Positions 57,504 to 62,961 of a stretch of 62,961 nt of DNA are shown here, piece after piece. The notes beneath the pieces are model-generated. The model did no database searches. It worked only from the letters and a program-made list of their open reading frames with translations, and was not told the origin of the DNA. A program made the position numbers and the translations under genes. Numbering within the stretch: the first letter of the stretch is position 1; each line of letters starts with the position of its first letter. The DNA is taken from the sequence record DRR723986_9837. One strand, written 5' to 3'.

Positions 57504-57737
57504 GTGACGCAAAAGCAACCAGTACATGAGGTTCGTTTTGGATTGATTAAGGCTTCTGTCTGGCGAAACCAGACAAGGTCCGGTGAGCGACATAACGTTA
57601 CCGTCGCTCGGGTGTATCGAAACGGCGATGTTTGGAAAGAATCGACGCACTTTGGGCGGGACGATCTTCCAAACCTGGCCAAGGTCGTTGATTTGGCCCA
57701 CACGTGGATTTATCAGCATGGTGGGAGTAATGAATAG
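57504..57737 (+). CDS. Small conserved protein, putative PC4-like ssDNA-binding protein (copy 2)
   Basis: 43 of 67 aligned residues are identical to 46062-46298 (counted by hand). Confidence 0.72.
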   Translation: MTQKQPVHEVRFGLIKASVWRNQTRSGERHNVTVARVYRNGDVWKESTHFGRDDLPNLAKVVDLAHTWIYQHGGSNE

Positions 57738-57755
57738 TAGCGAAAGGGCAGCTGA

Positions 57756-58022
57756 ATGTCAGAAAGCGAGGTTGGGGAGAGGCTTGAGCGCATTGAGAGT
57801 ATGCTTGAGTCGTTGATGAAAGAGCGCAGAACCAAAGACTACTACTCGACTTCCGAGGTTGCTAAGCAGCTTGGACGAGCAGAGTTTACGGTTCGCGAAT
57901 GGTGCCGCTTAGGCCGCATCTGGGCTGAGAAGCGAGCCTCAGGCCGTGGTGCCAGTAAGGAGTGGATGATCTCTCAGGTAGAGCTTGAACGAATTAAGAA
58001 CGAAGGCTTGCTACCGCTCTGA
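57756..58022 (+). CDS. Excisionase-like helix-turn-helix protein
   Basis: YYSTSEVAKQLGRAEFTVREWCRLGRI.A.K....W.I, an HTH_17/Xis-like pattern. Confidence 0.8.
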   Translation: MSESEVGERLERIESMLESLMKERRTKDYYSTSEVAKQLGRAEFTVREWCRLGRIWAEKRASGRGASKEWMISQVELERIKNEGLLPL

Positions 58023-58200
58023 TAGCGGAGCTCAAAACGGTGGTGCGACGCGGATCGAGGCGATCGAGTCCTGCCTACGTACCACAACTGAGCTCACTCT
58101 TACGCTGCTGAAACACGAGGCAGCACGATCTTCGTGCAGTAATCTCCACCTTGCTTGGGCAGAAACCGATCGTGGGTAGCTATCATTCAATGCCATTCTC

Positions 58201-58346
58201 TATTCCCGATCGGTAATAAACCTGCATTGCTTCACTCCCAACAACGTACGCACCCCTTTTTTATTACCGTTCGGTAATAAAAACCTTGCTCAACCGCGAA
58301 AACGAGCGTATACCTAGTGATTATCAGGTATTCTTCCCGATCGGGA
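58201..58346. promoter_or_regulatory. Three palindromic operators and a sigma70-like promoter of the hip locus
   Basis: TATTCCCGATCGGTAATA (58201-58218), TTATTACCGTTCGGTAATAA (58261-58280) and TCCCGATCGGGA (58335-58346). TTGCTC-N17-TATACC (58286-58314) lies between the second and third. Confidence 0.72.
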
Positions 58347-58354
58347 CTAGGGAC

Positions 58355-58594
58355 ATGGAACCACACGGCTCAGTAATCGAAATCGGGCAGTTTGTGCGTC
58401 AGCGACGCAAAGCTGCCAAACTCACTCAGCGGCAGCTGGCTGAGATTGCTGGTGTTGGCCAGAGGTTCATTTCAGAGCTTGAGCGCGGTAAGCCCACGCT
58501 ACGACTGGCTGAGGTTGATTGCGTGCTGGCTGTCTTCGGAAAAGAGCTAGGCGTCGTTGAGAGAAAGCCGGAGGCGATAGATGAGTCGCGATAG
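58355..58594 (+). CDS. hipB: HipB-like XRE HTH regulator
   Basis: VRQRRKAAKLTQRQLAEIAGVGQRFISELERGKPTLRL. ATG at 58355. Confidence 0.85.
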   Translation: MEPHGSVIEIGQFVRQRRKAAKLTQRQLAEIAGVGQRFISELERGKPTLRLAEVDCVLAVFGKELGVVERKPEAIDESR

Positions 58595-58922
58595 ATGCGG
58601 ACAAGTTCGCCTCGACGGCACGCCTGTTGGGATCCTGGTGGAAACCGAAGATGGCTATTCGTTTAGCTACTTGCCTGAGTGGCTAGGCAATTCCGACTCG
58701 GTGCCGGTCTCCCTTACGCTACCTCTTCAGCAGGAGCCATACACTTCGCGCTATCTCCATCCGTTTTTTCAGAACCTTCTGCCTGAGGGCTGGTTACTTG
58801 AGCTAGCCACCAAGAAGCTTAAGGTTAGCAAAGATGATGATTTCGGACTCTTGCTTGCAACCTGTGCTGACTGTGTAGGAGCAGTTGAAATCCTAGCCAT
58901 GGAGGAAGCGGGAGATGAGTGA
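58581..58922 (+). CDS. Stand-alone HipA N-terminal-domain protein (HipS-like)
   Basis: G.L.E...GY.F.Y..PVSLTLPL..PY....L.PFFQNLLPEGW..DDFGLL...DCVGAV. Confidence 0.85.
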   Translation: MSRDRCGQVRLDGTPVGILVETEDGYSFSYLPEWLGNSDSVPVSLTLPLQQEPYTSRYLHPFFQNLLPEGWLLELATKKLKVSKDDDFGLLLATCADCVGAVEILAMEEAGDE

Positions 58923-59838
58923 CATCTGCTTAGTGTGCCTGCAGGATGGAGCCTCAGAGAGCGGCTATCATCCGCGTTGTGCCAAGTCTCTATTTGGCTC
59001 CACGACTATTCCAGCGCTTGAGCTCCAAGAGAGCATGGTCCAAACCGCTGGATTAGCAATGGCTGGCCGAACCTCACTGTCTGGAGTGCAGAAGAAGATC
59101 TCAGTCAAACTGTCCCACGACTTTCGTACAATCCTGGTAGCCACAGAAGATGGTCGCTACGTGCTTAAACCTCAGACCGATGCCTTTGCGAGTCTTCCTG
59201 AAATCGAGCATGTGAGCATGGAGGTTGCAGAAGCCGCTGGAGTTGAAACTGCGGTTAACGGACTGCTGCGCCTGGGAGACTCAAGACTAGCCTACATCAC
59301 TAAACGCTTCGATCGGCGCGATGATGGAAGTAAAGTCCGCCAGGAAGATTTTTGTCAGCTTGCTCAAAAACGTCCTGCTGAAAAATACGAAGGCTCGGCG
59401 GAGCTTTGCGTTCGAGTTGTTAGAAGGTATGCCAGCGAGCCGGGAATTGAGCTCATCAAGTTGTTTCGTCAGCTCGTATTCTCTTGGTGGATTGGAAACG
59501 GAGATCTACATCTTAAGAACCTCTCGCTCTATGTAGATCAGGAGGGAATCGTGAAGCTCACTCCGGCATACGATTTGGTATCGACGCGTTTAGTGATTCC
59601 TGATGACGAACTGGCGATGCCTGTTTGCGGGCGAGACCAGAAACTGATGCGTACGACTTGGCTCAAGCTAGCTGAATATGCTGGAATCCAGCGACGTGCG
59701 GCCGAGCGAGTGCTTAGAGAGCAGGTAGAGGCGCTCGAGACTTCGCTGGCGATAGTTGAGCGAAGTTTCATCAACAAGCAGATGAAACAAACGCTCAGCG
59801 AGCTACTGCAGGAGCGAACAGCTGTACTCAATACATGA
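58915..59838 (+). CDS. HipA-family kinase toxin lacking the N-terminal domain (HipT-like)
   Basis: SLSGVQKK loop, YVLKP, RFDR, QEDFCQL, GNGDLHLKN, LTPAYDL. N-terminal CxxC..H..C. Confidence 0.88.
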   Translation: MSDICLVCLQDGASESGYHPRCAKSLFGSTTIPALELQESMVQTAGLAMAGRTSLSGVQKKISVKLSHDFRTILVATEDGRYVLKPQTDAFASLPEIEHVSMEVAEAAGVETAVNGLLRLGDSRLAYITKRFDRRDDGSKVRQEDFCQLAQKRPAEKYEGSAELCVRVVRRYASEPGIELIKLFRQLVFSWWIGNGDLHLKNLSLYVDQEGIVKLTPAYDLVSTRLVIPDDELAMPVCGRDQKLMRTTWLKLAEYAGIQRRAAERVLREQVEALETSLAIVERSFINKQMKQTLSELLQERTAVLNT

Positions 59839-60061
59839 TTCGCAACTCTTGCGACTTTAGCTAAGAACTGAGGCTAACCAACTGGTCTCGCACTCCAGAT
59901 TAGTGTTGCATGCTTCCTAATCGCCGTTGGAATGATGCTGCTCTCATGTCTTGAGCAAGACTGATGCTGAAACACCTGCGTTGAGTTACAGGCTTGTTAG
60001 CGCTATAGTCTGACAGCTAGCACAACCGCTAGAGTCGTCTCTTTGCGAACAGGACTTGCAC

Positions 60062-61561
60062 ATGAACCATCTCGCGACCGTACAAGGTCATCTTAAGAAA
60101 CACAGCGAAGTTGAAACCGCGTTTGGAAAGCTGGCAGTTGTCAGCCAACCTATTGGCCAAGGTGGTAACGCGGTAGTTTATCCGGTCGACTTTGAAGGAC
60201 CTGCCGTAATCAAGGTTCTCTTGGAACCGGTCGGTGCAAAAGCCTCAACGAAGTTAGAGCGTTTCCAAAGAGAGTATCGCCGTCTGATCACGGTGCCACC
60301 GCATCCGAATCTCATTCGCCTTTTCCACTACGAGGCACTCCAAATTGGGACTCTTAAATTTCCAGCGATCATTATGGAACGGTGTGACGACTCCCTCGCA
60401 AGTTATGCGAAAAACCAAAGCAGCTTTCAGCGGCTGGATGACTTGTGTAGACAATTGGCAAGTGTCCTGGACCATATCCATGCGCATGGAATCATTCACC
60501 GAGACATAAAGCCGGAGAACATTTTAGTTAGGGCTGATGGTTCGTTTGTGCTTGCAGATTTTGGAATTGCCAAGTTCGACCCAAAGCTTTTTCTCGGTAA
60601 GCAACTGACAAAGAAGGGAGATCGCATGGCCAACTTTGCCTTTTCAGCACCAGAGCAATTCGAGAAGAGTCCGCAACTAGGGACGACTGCAGACATATAT
60701 AGTTTCGGGCAAGTTCTCTACTGGTGTGTCACGAAAACAACTTACCGAGGGAACAAGCCACCAAAGATGAGTGAGGTCGATTCGTCATATCGCAATTTTG
60801 ACGAGCTCGTAGATTCAATGTCGGCACACGAACCAACCCGGCGGTTGGATTCTGGTCGGAAGGTTATAGATACGTTAGACCAAGTTGAGAAACAGCGCAA
60901 AGAACGGGAATTCAATCACCACGTGATAGAGTGTCTTGAGCATTTCGATCGTGCGATTCGAAAAAGCTCCCCGGGCTTACGAGAAATCATCCGGTGCACT
61001 TCTGCGGACGAGATTGATCGGCTACTCAACGAACTCGCGAATATCTGTCAGACACATGAACTTTGGTGGACCGTCGGAAATGCAAACATGTCAATTAGTG
61101 AAATCAAGGTTGCAGATGGCATACGAGTGATTGGCAATATCGAGTTAGAGATTACGGACTGCTGGATGTATCGATCAGGCTCGGATATCGATCACTGTTT
61201 TGTAATGCTTCGTTCCGATCCTATGCCATCGTTTGACGAGTCCGGTGTTATTAGTTCGGAATACGAAGAGAAAGCTTGGTTCAATGGTCGCTACATCACT
61301 CGCGCTGAGTACGACGACGGATACGCAGTTATCGATGGTCAGACAGAGGAGGTGAGCGGGGCGGAGGTTCGATGTCGCTTTCTGCATCAGAGTTTTTTTT
61401 TCATAGCCACCAAATTTAATTCAATTCTACAGCCGGCGGCCGACACTACGATCTCGCGGCTTGTTCAGACCTATCAGAATGGACAAGCTGTCGACATGGC
61501 CGAGCTGCGAACAAAGTTGCAGAAGCTTCCTATCCATCAAGTGTCTCAATTGATGAGCTAG
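60062..61561 (+). CDS. Hanks-type Ser/Thr protein kinase with an unrecognised C-terminal domain
   Basis: GQGGNAVV, VIK, HRDIKPEN, DFG, APE, DIYSFG. No TM segment. Confidence 0.9.
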   Translation: MNHLATVQGHLKKHSEVETAFGKLAVVSQPIGQGGNAVVYPVDFEGPAVIKVLLEPVGAKASTKLERFQREYRRLITVPPHPNLIRLFHYEALQIGTLKFPAIIMERCDDSLASYAKNQSSFQRLDDLCRQLASVLDHIHAHGIIHRDIKPENILVRADGSFVLADFGIAKFDPKLFLGKQLTKKGDRMANFAFSAPEQFEKSPQLGTTADIYSFGQVLYWCVTKTTYRGNKPPKMSEVDSSYRNFDELVDSMSAHEPTRRLDSGRKVIDTLDQVEKQRKEREFNHHVIECLEHFDRAIRKSSPGLREIIRCTSADEIDRLLNELANICQTHELWWTVGNANMSISEIKVADGIRVIGNIELEITDCWMYRSGSDIDHCFVMLRSDPMPSFDESGVISSEYEEKAWFNGRYITRAEYDDGYAVIDGQTEEVSGAEVRCRFLHQSFFFIATKFNSILQPAADTTISRLVQTYQNGQAVDMAELRTKLQKLPIHQVSQLMS

Positions 61562-61586
61562 CACGATAGAAAACGCGTTGATGAAA

Positions 61587-62798
61587 CTATTGAAAAACTG
61601 AAGCGAGTGCTGCCCGCTGCTGATTTGGAAACAGGTGCCGATAGCGTCTTCGCATCGCATCGGTTTGGTGACCTACCCAATCATCAATCATCCGCTGATC
61701 CACTCCTGCAGAAGCGCAGTTACTAATAAAGCTATGCCTGAGGACATGCCAGCCGCGAAGGACTTGCCATTTAGAGTTCGCAACTGTACGACTGAAGTAG
61801 CAGCTCCCTTGGTCAAACGACAAACCATCTCCGGTGCGACTAAAAGTGAATCTCCCGGCTGGACGCTGCTCGAACCACTCAAGGAGTATGGACTCAAGCT
61901 GTGGGGAGATGGGAACGCAACGGGTTGAGCGCTGCCCGCGAACTCGCTTCTTCTCTCGTAGAACAATCTGACTACCCTCGAGATCGATATCCTGTATCTG
62001 CGAGCGAAGCATCTCGCTTCGGCGAGCTCCAGTGTAGGCAGCCATCGCCAGCATGGGGTAGATAAATCCCGGTCGGTTCATGGCTTTGACGTCGGCCAAA
62101 AACGCTCGTACCTCGTCTTGGTTGAGGTAGACGCAATCCCAGTAGTCCTGGGCCTCCTCTTCGCTCAGGCCCCCACGCTCAACAAGGCGTTCAATCTCAT
62201 CCCATGTCTTAAACGGCGGCTTTTCATCGACTTTGCCGTAGCGGAGCCGAGACTTTCTAGGAAGCTGCGTTTTTACATATCCTGATTCCTGAGCCCAGCT
62301 CCAGACAGTCGTTAGAGTGGCTAGCTCCTTCTTAATTGTCGTCGGGCTTAGTGGTTTGCCCCGAAGCCCTTTCTCTTGGCTGCGGGCGTTTACGTAAGCC
62401 TGAAGGTGGTCCAATGTGAAGCTTGATGGCCGTGTTCGGACACCGAGCAGACGCTTTAGGTGGCTCATATGGGTATGAAGCATCTTCCAAGTAGAAGTCT
62501 CGATAGCGGACTCGGGGATACTCGTCATGTAGAGATTCAGCAGCTCTCCGAGCAGCGGTGCTTTCTCAAGCTTCGGCTTCTGCTTGAGCACTCCAGAGGT
62601 CAGCAGAGCAGTAGGAATATCGGCTCCAGCCTCTAGCACCAAAGTACCGAGTTCAACACGTCTGAGATTGTCCTCGAGTCGAGCCAATGCGAGGTTGGCT
62701 GCGCTGGCTTGATTAGTCTTGAGAGACCGAGCAAATTTCTGACCGCCGTAGCGAAAGACAACGCGGTACGTTCCGTTTCTGAGTTCGAGGGATGCCAT
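61587..62798 (-). CDS. Tyrosine integrase (phage/ICE type, with an N-terminal arm-binding-like region)
   Basis: N-terminal YRVVFRYGG..RSLKT; TGARRSE, HVLRH, GH, RRY. Confidence 0.92.
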   Translation of the reverse strand: MASLELRNGTYRVVFRYGGQKFARSLKTNQASAANLALARLEDNLRRVELGTLVLEAGADIPTALLTSGVLKQKPKLEKAPLLGELLNLYMTSIPESAIETSTWKMLHTHMSHLKRLLGVRTRPSSFTLDHLQAYVNARSQEKGLRGKPLSPTTIKKELATLTTVWSWAQESGYVKTQLPRKSRLRYGKVDEKPPFKTWDEIERLVERGGLSEEEAQDYWDCVYLNQDEVRAFLADVKAMNRPGFIYPMLAMAAYTGARRSEMLRSQIQDIDLEGSQIVLREKKRVRGQRSTRCVPISPQLESILLEWFEQRPAGRFTFSRTGDGLSFDQGSCYFSRTVANSKWQVLRGWHVLRHSFISNCASAGVDQRMIDDWVGHQTDAMRRRYRHLFPNQQRAALASVFQ

Positions 62799-62863
62799 GG
62801 TTCACATTTTCCGTAGGAGGTACGGAAAGGACCAGCGATACAAACCCAACGTGACCTGAGTGC

Positions 62864-62881
62864 TGTCCCCGTTTTGTCCCC
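62864..62881. repeat. TGTCCCC direct repeat (putative integrase arm-type sites)
   Basis: TGTCCCC at 62864 and 62875 (11-bp period), 65 nt upstream of the integrase start. Confidence 0.5.
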
Positions 62882-62961
62882 AAAATCCCAATGTGGCCAT
62901 TTTGGCAGGGGTTTGGTCGAGAAGCAAAAGTGCGTTTGACCCAAGAAAAACCAGTGCGGAT

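Larger units (their letters stand above)
41163..62961. mobile_element. Integrative mobilisable/conjugative element backbone with defence cargo (boundaries uncertain)
   Basis: Integrase, Xis-like HTH, coupling protein, Replic_Relax-like genes, DUF932, methyltransferase, TA locus and Hachiman. CTAG-rich composition unlike the left block. Confidence 0.75.

Noticed and set aside
1-62961. tRNA, rRNA, IS transposase and csoR gene
   Set aside because: None recognised by eye. A tRNAscan/Rfam/ISfinder run would be needed to exclude them formally.

Overview
The window looks like DNA from a planctomycete (Pirellulaceae-like); this is inferred from gene families and not verified. It has two blocks. (1) 1-41 kb is a heavy-metal resistance island. 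It holds five HME-RND efflux systems (two CusA-type, three CzcA-like), three TolC-family outer-membrane factors, a P1B-2 (ZntA/CadA-type) ATPase and several His/Cys-rich exported metal-binding proteins. It also carries an ECF sigma factor, a zinc-finger anti-sigma factor 32 kb away, and two CsoR-type operator boxes. The most notable feature is five small Cys-rich, signal-peptide-bearing leader ORFs, each directly upstream of an efflux gene. Their last codons or stop region can base-pair with the ribosome-binding region of the next gene (clear for three, weaker for two), which suggests metal-responsive translational attenuators. (2) 41-63 kb is a compositionally distinct integrative element. 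It contains a tyrosine recombinase with a dif-like site, a Hachiman (HamAB) anti-phage system and a DUF932 operon. A four-gene transfer module encodes two Replic_Relax-like proteins, a multi-TM VirD4-like coupling protein and a membrane-anchored coiled-coil protein, with no VirB4. The element also has an MT-A70 methyltransferase, an excisionase-like HTH, a tripartite hipBST-like toxin-antitoxin locus with palindromic operators, a stand-alone Ser/Thr kinase and a terminal integrase. No rRNA, tRNA or CRISPR array was recognised. All family assignments come from motifs read by eye; no database search was run.
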